In this document: piece by piece, positions 1-16,820 of the stretch
Position numbering within the stretch: the stretch's first letter is position 1
Layout of the letters: each line of letters opens with the position of its first letter
Origin: the human T2T-CHM13v2.0 reference genome, Homo sapiens
Assembly (NCBI RefSeq): GCF_009914755.1
Contig: NC_060945.1
DNA length: 64,000 nt
Strand: one strand, 5' to 3'
Position numbers and translations under genes: made by a program
The notes under the pieces: generated by a model
What the model saw: the letters and a program-made list of their open reading frames with translations, nothing else
Database searches by the model: none
What the model was told of the DNA's origin: nothing

Positions 1-284
1 CATTAAGGTAACCAGCTACCAGATAAACACCTCCCCATACCAACTAAGAGGAAACAAATTTCAATTTTATTAAAAATAATATTTCTATATACCAGCAGAA
101 ACCAATCAGAAAATAGTTCCTAAACGGAAAAAATTCCATTCCCAACAGCAACCAAAAGCTAAAAAATAGTCCAAGTTTAATAAATGTTTGAGACCTATAT
201 GACGAAAACTGCTGACATTATTGAAAGACATTCTGAACATATGGCCAAGGGCTGTCTGTTCTTGGATAGGAGGGTTACATTTAT

Positions 285-475
285 GGTGCATTATTATGTG
301 GCAGGCATTTTAAATGCATTATTCCACTGAATTCTCATCATAACCCCATGACATGAGTATTGTTATTACTTCTGCTTTAGAGATAAATAAATTAAAGATT
401 CCTGAGTTGCGCTAACTTGTCAGAGCAGAAAGACTGAGTTTCTGGTGCCTGTCTCCTGTCTTTTTAACCATGGCT
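285..475 (-). mobile_element. MIR SINE
   Basis: Resembles the reverse MIR core ('attctcatcataaccccatgacatgagtattgttattac...ttagagat'). Confidence 0.6.
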
Positions 476-516
476 GCATCATACTGCATCATTTCTCCCT
501 AAACAGTTATAGATTT

Positions 517-827
<311 letters not shown>

Positions 828-970
828 TCAATGCAATTCCTATCAAAACCTTAACAGGAATTTTTTTAACTTAAAAGTTCAGCTGGGAGAGTAAATACTA
901 AATATTGTCAAGATGTTTTTGAAAAGAATGACAAGGTGGAAATTGCCCTATTAGGTATAAAAAGAGACTA

Positions 971-1222
<252 letters not shown>

Positions 1223-1574
1223 TCAACTTTGGGGTAAAGTAAATTCAGTAAATGGTTTGGAGATAAATGGCTATTCAGTTGTAAACTGTGGAATAGATAG
1301 CCACTTCAAACAAAAAATAAAAGTAAAATGAATCATAGTTCTAAACGAAACAACAAGAGCACCAAGAGAAAATCAAAGAGACTATGCCCAGGGATAGTCT
1401 AAGTAAGACACTAAACTCAAAAACAATACAGACACAAAATATTAACATTTCTGGCAAATGTGATTAGGAGAAAAAGTTTAACATCACTGGTGAATAGGAA
1501 AATGCAAAGAAAATCAAGAAACCATTTTCCTCCTATCAATTTAACAATTGCTTTTTTAAAAATGATACTATCCA

Positions 1575-1870
1575 AGCTAGGTGCGGTGGCTTACGTTTAT
1601 AATCCCTGCACTTTGGGAAGCCTAGGCAGGCAGATCTCTGGAGCCCAGGAGTTCAAGACCAGCCTGGGCAACATAGCGAGTCTCAGTCTCTACAAAAAAT
1701 ACAAAAATTAGCCAGTGTAGTGGCTCACACTTGGGGTCCCAGCTATTTGAGAGGTTGAGGCAGGAAGATCACTGGAGCCCAGGAGGCTGAGGCTGCAGTG
1801 AGACGTAATTACACCATTGTACCCCAGCACGGGTGGCAAAGTGAGACCCTGTCTCAAGAAAAAAAAAAAA
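1575..1870 (+). mobile_element. AluJ
   Basis: Diverged dimer with J-type 'gagcccaggagttcaag' and 'gaggctgcagtgag'. Confidence 0.9.
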
Positions 1871-2329
1871 GGATATTATCTAGTGTCAGTGAAGACTTGG
1901 AGAAAAATCCTTATCATTGGTGGAAATATTAACTGATACAGCATTTTTGGAGGACAAATTAACATATCTATCAAACGTTAAGACTAGATCCTTTTTGACA
2001 AATGAGCGCTTATTTAGAGTGGTAGATTGACCATAAAATATGGATCCAATACTGACACAGAGGTTAAAAAGAAAAAGCTCTCTCTCTTACTTTATCCCAG
2101 AAGAATTTTTAAATTTTGTATTTGGTAATATATTGTTTTATAAAGATTCAGAGCTACCATCTTTTTGGTGCATTGGATCTTTTATCAATGTATATATTCT
2201 CTTTAGCTCTCTCTCTTAAGGTGCTTTATCATAAAATTATATTTTGTCTGATATTCATATTGCCACCTATATTTCTTTTAGTTTGCATTTGCTGTTGTTC
2301 ATCCATTATTTTCTTATTCTCTTTCTTTC

Positions 2330-2958
<629 letters not shown>

Positions 2959-3526
2959 TGCCCCTAGCTATTTCTTATTTTCAAAAACTGTTTTGGTTAC
3001 TGTGTATCTGATGAACATCATATTGTTGGCTTTAAAAATAATTTTAATAGACTATTTTTAAGAGCAGTTTTAGGTTCATAGCAAAGTTTAATGGAAAGTA
3101 CAGAGAGTTCCCATACACACTCCTCACCCCCACATGCATAGGCTCTCCACTCTCAACATTCCCTACAATAGTGGTATAGCTGTTACAATCGATGAACTAA
3201 CACTGATGCATGAATATCACCCCAAGTTCACAGTTTACATTAAGGCTTCTTCTTGGCATTGTACATTCCATGGGTTTGGGCAAATGTAGAATGAAATGCA
3301 CCATCATTACAGTATTGAACAGGAGAGTTTCACTGCCCTAAAAATCCCCCGTGTTCATCTATTTATTCCTCTCTCTCCCCAAGTCCCTGACAATCCCTAA
3401 TCTTTTTACTGTCTCCATAATTTTGCCTTTTCCAGAATGTCATAGAGTTGGAATCACAGAGTATATCGCGTTTCCAGATTGGCTTCTTTCACTTAGTAAT
3501 TTGCCTTTATGTTTCTTCCATGCCTT

Positions 3527-3836
3527 ATTTATTTTTATTTTTAATTTAATTAATGTTTGTGGGTACATAGTAGGTGTATATATTTATGGGATACATGAAA
3601 CATTTTGATACAGGCATGCAATGTGAAATAAGCACATCACAGGGAATGGGGTATCCATCCCCTCCAACATTTATCCTTCGAGTGAGTTACAAACAATCCA
3701 ATTACACTCTAAGTTATTTTAAGATGTACAATTAAGTTATTATTGACTATACTCACCGTATTGTGCTACCGAATAGTAGATAACATTCATTCTTTCTATT
3801 CTTTTGTACCCATTACCCTTGCCCACCTCCCCACCC
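3527..3836 (-). mobile_element. L1MA-type 3' end, nested
   Basis: 'gtgggtacatagtaggtgtatatatttatggg' signature; TSD TCCATG(C/T)CTT at 3517-3526 and 3837-3846. Confidence 0.8.
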
Positions 3837-4112
3837 TCCATGTCTTCTCATGCCTTGATAATTCCTTTCTTTTTAGCTCCGGATAATATTCCTTTGTCTG
3901 GATGTACCACAGTGTATTTATCCATTTACTTACCCAAAGACAGTTTGTTTGCTTCCAAGTTTTGGCAATTATGAATAAAGTTACTATAGACATCCATGTA
4001 CAGGTTTTTATGTAGACACGAGTTTTCAGCTAATTTGGGAAAAACTAAGGAGTGTGATTGCTGGGTCATTTGGTAAGAGCATGTTTAGTTTTGTAAGAAA
4101 CTGTCAAAATGT

Positions 4113-4760
4113 TCTACACTACTGGTGGGAATGTAAAGTGGTACAACTGCTATGGAGAACAGTGTGGAGATTCCTTAAAGAACTAAAAGTGGAACTAACA
4201 TTTGATCCAGCAATCCCCCTACTGGATGTTAACCCAGAGGAAAAGAAGTCATTATACGAAAAAGATACTTGCCCACGCATGTTTATAGCAGCACAATTCA
4301 CAATGGCAAAAAATGTGGAACCAACCCAAATGCCCATCAATCAATGAGTGGATAAAGAAACTGTGATTGAGATATATGTATATATAAAACAGAATACTAC
4401 TCAGCCATAAAAAGGAATGAATTAATAGCATTTGCAGCAACCTGGATGAGATTGGAAACTATTATTCAAGTGAGGTAACTCAGGAATGGAAAACCAAACA
4501 TTGTATATTCTCACTCATAAGTGAGAGTTAAGCTATGAGTTAAGCATTGAGCATAAGAATGACACAATGGACTTTGGGGACTCAGGGCGGAAAGGGTGCA
4601 AAGAGGATCAGAGATAAAAGACTAGAAATATGGTGCAGTGTATACTGCTCGCATGATGGGTGCACCCAGATCTCACAAATCACCACTAAAGAACTTACTT
4701 GTGTAACCCAATACCACCTGTTCCCCAATAACCTATGGAAATAAAAAAATAAAATAAAAT
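4113..4760 (+). mobile_element. L1PB (L1PB1-like), 5'-truncated 3' end
   Basis: ORF2 C-terminal remnant ([34 protein letters not shown]), L1PB 3'UTR and A tail. Confidence 0.9.
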
Positions 4761-4960
4761 ATTTGAGAAGAGAAACTGAAATTCTTCTACTTAAAGAAGA
4801 ATAGCATTTTAAGAAGTTGCCTTGATACTAAAATCTGCAGGTATTAAAAAAAAAGGAACTGACAAAATGTCTTCCAAAGGGGCTCTTGATTCTGCTTTCC
4901 TACCAGCAATGAATGAGAGTCCCTGTTGCTGCATGTCCTTGCCAGCATTTACTGTTGGTG

Positions 4961-5667
4961 TGTATTAGTCTGTTCTCACACTGTTCTAAATAACTTTCCA
5001 AAACTGAGTAATTTATGAAAAAACGAGGTTTAATTGGCTCACAGTTCCTTAGGCTGCACAGAAAGCATGGCTGGGGAGGCCTCAGGAAACTTTCAATGAT
5101 GGCAGAAGGCAAAGAGGAAGCAGGCAAGTCCTACATGGCTGGAGCAGGAGAAAGAGAGCAAAGCGGGAGGTGCCACACACTTTTAAACAACCAAATTTTG
5201 GCCAGCATGGTGGCTCACACCTGTAATCCCAGCACTTTGGGAGGCTGAGGCAGGCAGACCACTTGAAGTCAGGAGTTCTAGATCAGCCTGGCCAATATGG
5301 TGAAACCCTGTCTCTACTAAAAATACAGAAAAATTAGCTGGGGGTGGTATTGGGCACCTGTAATTCCAGCTACTTGGGAGGCTGAAGCAGGAGAATCGCT
5401 TGAACCCGGGAGGTGAGGTTGCAGTGAGCTGAGATTGTGCCACTGTACTCCAGCCTCAGCGACAGTGCGAGACTCCATCTCAGAAACAAAACAAAACAAA
5501 ACAAAAACACACAAAAACCTCCCCCAGCTTTCATGAGAATGAACTCACTATCACGAGAACAGTGAGGGGGTCATGATCCAATCACCTTCCACCAGGTCCC
5601 TCCTCCAACACTGAGGATCACAATTCGACATGAGATGTGGGTGGGGACACAAGTCCAAACCATATCA
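4961..5667 (-). mobile_element. MaLR solo LTR (MSTA-like), split by an Alu
   Basis: Termini TGTATTAGTC...AAACCATATCA. Confidence 0.88.
5200..5517 (+). mobile_element. AluS inside the MSTA LTR
   Basis: Alu dimer with (CAAAA)n tail. Confidence 0.92.
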
Positions 5668-6167
5668 GTGTTTTCAGTGTCTGACATTCTGATAGGTATG
5701 TAGTGGTATCTCATTGTTGTTTTAATTTGCATTTCCCTTATGACAATTATGTTATTGCTGGATGTTTATGTTTTCATTCAGCCTAAGAGTATTTAAAAGT
5801 TTTTTAACTATGGTAAATGACACATGAAATTTACCATCTTTATCATGTTTAAACATACTGTTTAGTAGCATTAACTATACTCACATTGTTGTGCAACTGT
5901 CGCAATCCATCTTTAGAGGTTTTTCATTTTGCAAAACTGAAACTCTGTACCCATTAAACAACTCCCCATTGCCCCCTACCCTTAGCTGCTGAGAGCCGCC
6001 ATTCTACTTTCTGTTTCTATGATTTTGCCTATTCTAGGCATCGCATGTACATGGAATCATACAGCATTATTTGTCTTTTTGTGACTGGTTTATTTCATTT
6101 AGGATAATGTCCTCAATGTTCATCCATGCCATACATTTGTCAGAATCTGCTTCCTTTTTAAGTTTGA

Positions 6168-6487
<320 letters not shown>

Positions 6488-6515
<28 letters not shown>

Positions 6516-6790
6516 GAGACAGGGTCTCACTCTGTCGCTCAGGCTGGAGTACAGTGGCACTATTGCAGCTCATTGCAGCCTTGATCTCCCAGCTTAAGTG
6601 ATCCTCTCACCTCAGTCTCCCAAGGACTACAGAGGTGCACCATCAGGCCTGGCTAATTTTTAAATATTTTTGTAAATTCCAGGTCTCGCTATGTTGCCCA
6701 GGCTGGTCTCCAATGCCTGGGCTCAAGTGATCCTCCCACCTTGGCCTCCCAAAGTGCTGAGATTACAGGCATGAGTCACCTCGCCTGCCT
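6488..6790 (-). mobile_element. AluJ
   Basis: Reverse diverged Alu with a long pure T tail. Confidence 0.9.
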
Positions 6791-7143
6791 TATATTTTGT
6801 TTATCCATTTATTTGCTTCTACCTTTTGGCTCTCGTGAACAATGCTACAATGGACATAGATATGTAAATATCCCTTCAAGATCTTGCTTGCAAATCTTTG
6901 GGGTATATACCCAGAAGTTGAGTTACTGGATCTCATAGTAATTCTGTTTAATTTTTCCAGGGACTGCCATACTGTTTTCAATAGTGGCTTCACCATTTTA
7001 CTTTCCCATCAACTGTGCACAAGCGTTCTAATTACTTCACATTCTGCCAACATTTGTTATTTTTGTGGAGTTTTTGGTTTTATTTTTATTTTTTATAGTA
7101 GACGTCTTAAGGGGTGTGAAATGTTTCCCTTTAACAGAGTTGA

Positions 7144-7440
7144 GGCTGAGTGTGGTGGCTCACACCTGTAACCCCAGCACTTTGGGAGGCTGAGGTGTGT
7201 GGATGGCTTAAGCCCAGGTGTTCGAGAGCAGCCTGGACAACATGGCGAAACCCCGTCTCTACCAAAAATACAAAGATTAACTGGGCGTGGTGGCACATGC
7301 CTGTAGTCCCAGCTACTCAGGTGACAGGCGGGAGGGTCACCTGAGCTTGGGAGGTCGAGGCTGCAGTGAGCCATGATTGTGCCTCTGCACTACAGTCTGG
7401 GTGACAGAGTGAGACCCTGTCATAAATAAATAAATAAATA
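7144..7440 (+). mobile_element. AluJ
   Basis: Dimer with (TAAA)n tail. Confidence 0.9.
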
Positions 7441-7622
7441 GTGAGTTGAACCCATTCACATTTAATATAGTTACTGATTTCTGATATTTTATGTTTTTTA
7501 TTACATTGTTCTCTTTATTATTTCTTTTACTTTCTTATTTCCTAGGATTTTTTTTTTATACACCGAATTTTCTTTTTTTAAAACTCTCTTCTGGTTGTTT
7601 GAAAAGTTATACGTACTATTTC

Positions 7623-7764
7623 TTTTTTTTTCTTTTTTTTTTTTTTTAGAGATGGGATCTTGCTATGTTGCCCAGGTTGGCCTTTGAACTCCTGGCCTCA
7701 AGGGATCCTACTCCGTCAGCCTCCAGAGTAGCTGAGACTACAGGTGCACCCCACGGAGCTGGGC
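7623..7764 (-). mobile_element. FLAM-like Alu monomer
   Basis: Single monomer with a T tail. Confidence 0.75.
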
Positions 7765-10700
7765 TTTCTTCCTATTTGTCTATTTTCAGGTAAAGGCTCA
7801 TGTTCCTTGAACACCTGCTATGTTCCAGCCCCTATGCAGACCTTTTTATATTGATGATCTCATTTAATCCTTACGACAGCCCTATGAGGTTGCTCCTATT
7901 TTTAAAAATAAACTTTATATTTTAGAATAAATTAATTTTAAATTAGAATTAACTTAGAATTATTTAGAATAAATATTTTTACTTTAGAGTAATGTTTTTA
8001 GGACTTAGATTCTAAAAAGAAAAAGGAAAGTGCTGTAGGCAGTACAGAGAGTTTCTGTTTACTCTACACCTAGTACACCCAGTTTCCTTTAGTATTCATA
8101 GCTTCCATGGATATGGTATGCTTGCCAAAATTAATGAACCAATAGTGACACATTTTATTAGCTAAAATCTGTAGTTTATGCACATTTCCCAGGTTTTTGT
8201 CAAAATTTTACAATCTGTGTCAACATACCACACGACATCAGCCTCCTGTCTCCCTTAGGTTCTTGTTGGCTATGACAGTTTCTTTGTTTCGATGACCTTG
8301 GCAGTTTAGAGGAGATGGCCTTTAATTTAATAAGACCTTTTAAACATCTTTCTCCATAAACATTTAGAATGAATCAGTATCCATAATTTTTCCCTCTGGA
8401 ATAAGATAAGATCTTAAACATCTCATGCTTTGTAGGAATAATCTAAAATTTCAGTTCCAATTGAGCAATAAAATTCTTTCTACATTTCTCTTTCTCTTTA
8501 AAATAGTTTCTTAAATGTCTTAATCTTAAGATCTCAGTATAAATTTTATCAGTTTATTTATATTTCTTACCACTTTTTCATGTTTTGAATTTAATTATCT
8601 TTCTTGAATTACTTTTTCCCCCCCGAAGGAAATATTTTCAGAAAGGATGGATGGGTGATAAACTTTCTGAGCCCTTCATGGTCAAGCTTTTCTTATTTGC
8701 AACATGGAGATCAAAATACCTATCCCACAGAATTGCTGAAGATGAACGAATTCATACTTTTAAGCTTTTAGCAGAGTTCACCATATAAGCAATCAATAAA
8801 TGTTAGCTCTTGTTACTATTACAATGAGCACATATTATTTTGTAATTATAAGGAAAACTATGCACGGACGCACGCAAGGAAGGAGGGATAGTGGTAAAGA
8901 AGGTGATAATACGGAAAGTGATGTGACAGAATGGAAGAGCAGGTGACATAACCACTATTTTCAGCTTGGTAAATGTGGAAAAGTCCTGAGCATTTCTGCC
9001 AACCAGCTTAACCTGGGCTATGCTGTCATCCATGGTCCAGACAGCCACGTGGGTGTTAGAAGCCACATGGCCCATCTGTCTCCTCTGAGGTCACTGGAGT
9101 TTATCAGCTGTTGTGTACCCTTAGCATGAGTCAGGAGGGTTCTGGGAAAATGTCTTTCTAGTTGAAGGACTGGCAATTCAGTTCAAAGATTAATAAACAC
9201 AAAATAACACTTGAGAAGCATGTGTCATGTCAAATGCAGAACGTGTGTTCCAGAGGGAGGAACAAAACACGAGTGCTCTCTAAACAGACCAAAATTTCTT
9301 CAATTGATTCTTTGCTATTCATGAGCAAGGGAGGGAGAACAAATTGTTATGCCTGACACCAGATTTCAGGCCTGGAATTTTGTAGTGTGATTCATGCAGC
9401 TATATTTAATATTTGCAGAGTCATCCAGTAACCCCTGTCAGAGCCCAGGGAAGCCTTCACCCTGGGGCAACTCCCTTCTCCACCATCCATGCACTGCTTA
9501 GGGATCCTTGTAGGACGGTCTTGGTATGACGTATCATTCCTCGCATGCTTGAATGGCAGTTGTGTCTCCATAAACACCAGTGCCGGCCAAACACAGCCAG
9601 GTCTTTCATGTCAATTTAGGAATGTGTTGCCCTCATAAAGATAAGGCATTTAGTGCTCTTGACCTTGTTAAAGGTCTGTGACTGGCTCAGAATTTTTAAT
9701 ACCCGGGGAGTAGTGCGGAGGCGCGGTGGGGGATGGACTCTAGTTGTTTCCTGTGCTCAGGGTAGAATCCTGGAACCTGAGTTGCCAAAAAAAAAAAAAA
9801 AGAAAAGAAAAGAAAAAAAGGAAAAGAAAAATTGGATCATTAAGTTAGGATATTATGTTTAAATCTTATAATGTACTTGTAAATGTTGATGGCATAATAT
9901 GTAAGTAACAAAAGACATGGCTTCATCAATTTCTACTTTAAAAGCTTTCACAGGAAAGAGATAAAGAATAATGTGGCTAATAAATGACATGCTGATAAAG
10001 TATTAAAAAGAACAGAACACTTCTGATGGCTTCACACTCTGGAAGGATGGGAAATAAGCAAACGCAAAATAAAACAGCTGGGTAGACTCAAAGGAAATAA
10101 AAAAGGGGTTTCCCCCACCCCTGTACATTCCCTCAAATAGGAGCTAAAAAGGAAAATAAAATTGCACCAAACCATGAGAGGGGAACATTTAAGCATTCTA
10201 ATATTGTAAATAGACATTCAGGCTGAGTCTTCCATCCAAAAGCTAGGACAGGAAATAAATCCTTAAGCATAACTAAGAGACTAATAAGGAAATATTTTCA
10301 GGGGTTTAAAGCAAATAGTTTTTTTAATGCAAAAACAACATAATCAAGACATATTATCACATGTCATATATGACAGCAAATATGCTTACCAGGCTACTTC
10401 CAAGAGCAAATGAGATAAAAGTACTTTGAAACCATAAAACGTTATGCAAATGTGCAGTGATATTAGCGTTATTTGGGAAAATAAAAGCACTGGGCTTCTC
10501 CCTTTTCCTGTTTCTCATTCCTTTTATTTACCTTAAAATACAAGTTTATTTCTTCTCAATATACCTGAGGAGTTGCCTAGTAGGAAATGGAACACACACA
10601 AAATCCGGCTTTTTCTTCCTGTCTTATTGTTCGTTTGTCACAATATTTGTTTTTCCTGGTTGTTGTTTAAAAATTGTTATGGAAAATTTCAAACAGACAT

Positions 10701-10898
10701 CAAGTTAGAGAGAATTTGATCATGAACGTCATGTCCTCATCCCTCAGACTCTACATGTGTTATTAGCTTTTTGGCCAGTCTTATTCCATCTATAATCCCA
10801 CCTACTTTCCAACTCAGATTATTTTGAAGTAAATGCCAGACATCCTGTCATTTCCATTAGAATTCCTAAAAGATAAAAACTATTCAAAAAAGAACACG

Positions 10899-11155
<257 letters not shown>

Positions 11156-11162
11156 GAATACA

Positions 11163-11469
11163 GGCTGGACGTGGCGGCTCACACCCATAATCTCAGCCCT
11201 TTGGGAGACCCTGGAGGAAGGATCGCCTGAGCCCAGGAGTTTGAGACCAGCCTGGGCAACACAGAGAGACCCAGTCTCTACAAAAAATACAAAAATTAGC
11301 CTGGCATTGTGGCTGCGCCTGTAGTCCCAGCTACTGGAGAGACTGAGGCTGGAGGATGGCTTGAGCCCAGGAGATTGAGGCTGCAGTGAGCCGTGATTGC
11401 AACACTGCTCTCCAGTCTGAGTGACAAAGGAAGACTCTGTCAAAAAAAAAAAAAAAAGAAAGAAAGAAA
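11163..11469 (+). mobile_element. AluJ
   Basis: Diverged dimer with A tail. Confidence 0.9.
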
Positions 11470-12412
11470 GGACCTTACTATAACAATTATTCTTGAATAT
11501 CACCAAAATCCAGTCAGTGCTCCATTTCCCCGATTGTCCTGTAATTTTTTAAACAAGTTGTTCGAATCAGGATCCAAAAAAGTTCCCATTCATTGTGATT
11601 GATTGAGGTGTCTCTTTAGATTTTTTAAGCCTGGAGGTACTGGCACAACCTCCTTCTCTCTCTCTCCCTCCTCCTCCCACTCTTTCTCTCCCACCCCCTC
11701 CACCCTCAAACCCAGCAGGTCTGACCAGGCAGCAGTGGTCATCTGATTGACGCGCATTGAACTCTCTGCCTGAAAAGATGCTGTACTTCGTTGAGTTCCT
11801 TCCTTTTCTGTTCTGCCCAAGCTGTAATGGCTCTGAGGATTTGGAAAAGGTTTTAGAATCTAGGAATGAATGAGAAAACTGTTTTAAAGGGCCCCTCCAC
11901 ACTACTGAGGTCATTTACTTTTTCTTACTCTTTACCAAAACCTGTATAGATCACTGATATAATAGATGCGAAAGATACTCTAGTGGAAAATGTCATGTAA
12001 ATGTAAAGGACTGCTGATGGTTATGTTATCATTCAAGAATGTTTTACAGGGGGAGATCTTAGCAAGCGGAAGTACAAGTAAAACTGAATCATGAGCAATT
12101 TATGTTATTACCTTCAGGGCAACCATAAATTAAGCCAGATAATTGTTCCCGGGCTCTGAACACTATGGGACAAGAAGCCATGGCTATAAGCCAAGAAAAA
12201 AAGAGCCGTATTTTTAAAAATACCCATTTAAAAGAGGAAAAGCAATTAGGGAGCAGATCCTGTAAGTAAAGGAAGACGGGGAAATAGCATTAAGTAGGTA
12301 TCCAACAAGTTATTTGATATGACAGTGGTACAAATGATGCAAAAATATTCTCTTTCTTCCCTCAAATTTACAGAAACTGGCTCACAGTTTTTTGAGTAGT
12401 GAAGAATTTTAG

Positions 12413-13107
12413 GGCTGGGCGCAGTGGCTCATGCCTGTAATCCCAACACGTTGGGAGGCTGAGATGGGAGGATCACTTGAGCCCAGGAGATCAGCCTAGG
12501 CAACATAGTGAGGCCCCATCTCTACAAAACATTTTGAAATTAGCTGGGCGTGGTGGTGCACGCCTGTAGTCCTAGTGTATTAGTCTGTTCTCACACTGCT
12601 ATAAAGGGCTGTCTGAGACTGGGTAATTTATAAAGGAAAGAGGTTTAATTGACTCATGGTTCCACATGGCTGGGGAGGCCTCAGGAAACTTACAATTGTG
12701 GTGGAAGGGGAAGCAAACATGTGCTTCTCCACATGATGACAGGAAGGAGAAGTGCAGAGCAAAAGGGGGGAAAGCGCCTTATGAAACCATCAGATCTCGC
12801 GAGAACTCACTCACTACCATGAGAACAGCAGCATGGGGATAACCGCCCCCATGATTCAATTACCTCTCACCAGGTCCCTCCTGTGACACGTGGAGATTTT
12901 GGGAACTACAAATCAAGATAAGATGTAGGTGGGGACACAGCCAAACCATATCACCCAGCTACTTGGGAGGCTGAGGTGGGGGGATCCGCTTGAGCTGGGG
13001 AGGTCAAGGCTGCGTTGGGTCATGATCGCACCACTATACTTCAGCCTAGGCATCAGAGTGAGACCCTGTGTCAAATAAATAAATAAATAAACAAATAAAA
13101 TAAAAAA
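12413..13107 (+). mobile_element. AluJ interrupted by a THE1 LTR
   Basis: Alu sequence stops at 'tgtagtcctag' and resumes at 'cccagctacttgg'; outer TSD AAGAATTTTAG at 12402-12412 and 13390-13400. Confidence 0.92.
12576..12953 (-). mobile_element. THE1C/D-like solo LTR
   Basis: 378 bp with TGTATTAG...CCATATCA termini; 5-bp TSD CCTAG/CCCAG. Confidence 0.92.
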
Positions 13108-13111
13108 TTCA

Positions 13112-13783
<672 letters not shown>

Positions 13784-13989
13784 TGAGAAAATGGAGACCT
13801 AGATGGGCTATGAGGTATGCCCAAAGTTGAAGAGCCATTTAACTGTGTTGTGGGTTGTAAGCCATAGGTCTCCTGATACTGAATCCAAAGCTCTTTCTCT
13901 CTCTTTCCTCTTTTTTTCTATCATGCTTTGAGAGAATTTACAAAGTGTTGGCCATAATTTTACGGAAATAACGCTAGCAATAAAGGTAA

Positions 13990-14433
<444 letters not shown>

Positions 14434-15229
14434 TAATGCCACAGTTTACTGTCACATATAGGAGGTAGAGATTCCTTTCATCAAACTTACCACTCGTGTT
14501 GGCACCATTTATGGTCCATTATTTGCTTTTCTCCTCGCCATCCTCCAACCCATCTCTTCGTCTCCCATTCACAGCCAAGGATTGACTTATTTTGTACAAA
14601 AGTGGCCGTGCCTGCTGGTAGGAAGGTCAAGAGGGACGTCCACCAGTGGTGCATGTGGCCGTCTGCCTTTAAACTTAAACTTTCGTTTCTGCTTGCTTCA
14701 AAATTATAGTTTGAAAGGTCGCTTTCATTGGTAGCTAGATCTAGCTGCCTCTTTTCACAGGTAAGACCACAGGAACCCAGAAAGGCAGAGGGCTTGCTCA
14801 AGGTAACTCGAGGTATCAGTGGTAGATCCAGGCACAGAGCCCAGGTCTCTGCAGTGCTCTATCGTTGGATCTTATACACAAGAGAATCAAATCTACTCAG
14901 CTGCCTAGGGATTTGTGCAGAAACAACTTCCATTTGTGGTTGAGATAACTGATGCGAGAATTTTCAGTAACAGGATTTCTTGGGTAGAAGTGGGAAAAAA
15001 TCCCCACTGGGAACAAACTTAAAATGAAAAGATGTGAAAATGTATGCCTCTCTGAGAAAAGATGTTTCAGCTGCTTCCTGGAGTGACTTGGGTTAGAGAA
15101 TGAGTTTGTAAGTGCGTGCTGACCCAGTTAATGTAGGAAGTATCAAACTCCAGGCACAAGTGACCTGAAAGAGAAGGAGTCCTCTTTTTAATAAACGTAA
15201 ACAAATGCTATCTTCATTTTTCCATTTAA

Positions 15230-15878
<649 letters not shown>

Positions 15879-15899
15879 AAAGTAACATATGCATATAGG

Positions 15900-16440
15900 A
15901 ACAGTTCCACTAGGAACCAGAATCTAATCATGAAGAAACATCTTAGCATGTGAGCCATTCTGAGACAACTAGACTGCTGTCTTCAAAAAAGTCAGTGTCA
16001 TGAGAAGCAAAAAGGCCTGATGGGACAGGGACTATTCCATATTTTAAAAGTCCAAAAAGACAAAACAACCAAATGCAAAGTGTGAAACTTAATTAGATCC
16101 TGGATGAAAAAAGATATATAAAAGATATTTTGGGGACTACTGAGGAAATTCGATTGTGGATTGGATATCCAATGATCATGGGAGATTATTGTGAATTTCC
16201 TTAGATGTGAAGATGATATTCTGGGCATGGAGGAAAATGTCCTTGTTCTCAAGAGACAGCATCTGGAATATTTCCGAATGAAGCATTGTGATGTTTTTTA
16301 ACTCACTTCAAATGGTCCAGAAAAAAAGGAGGAGAGATAAAGCTTATGTGGAATCCAGGTTAAAGGTATATTGGTATTTCTTGTACTATTTAACTGTTAC
16401 ATAGATGTGAAAAATTTCAAGCTAATAGGAAAAAAAAGTC
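15900..16440 (+). mobile_element. Old L1 (L1MC/ME-like) 3'UTR fragment
   Basis: 'gacaaaacaaccaaatgcaaagtgtgaaacttaattagatcctgg' and 'gaaaatgtccttgttctc'. Confidence 0.6.
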
Positions 16441-16443
16441 TAA

Positions 16444-16820
<377 letters not shown>

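Larger units (their letters stand above)
3040..5745 (-). mobile_element. Old L1 (L1MC/MD-like) 3' region hosting nested L1MA, L1PB, MSTA and Alu insertions
   Basis: 'agagcagttttaggttcatagcaaag...gtacagagagttccc' 3'UTR signature; the host sequence resumes after each insertion. Confidence 0.75.

Noticed and set aside
4054-4347. 97-aa ORF resembling a reverse-transcriptase protein C-terminus
   Set aside because: It is a decayed L1 ORF2 fragment, not a host gene.
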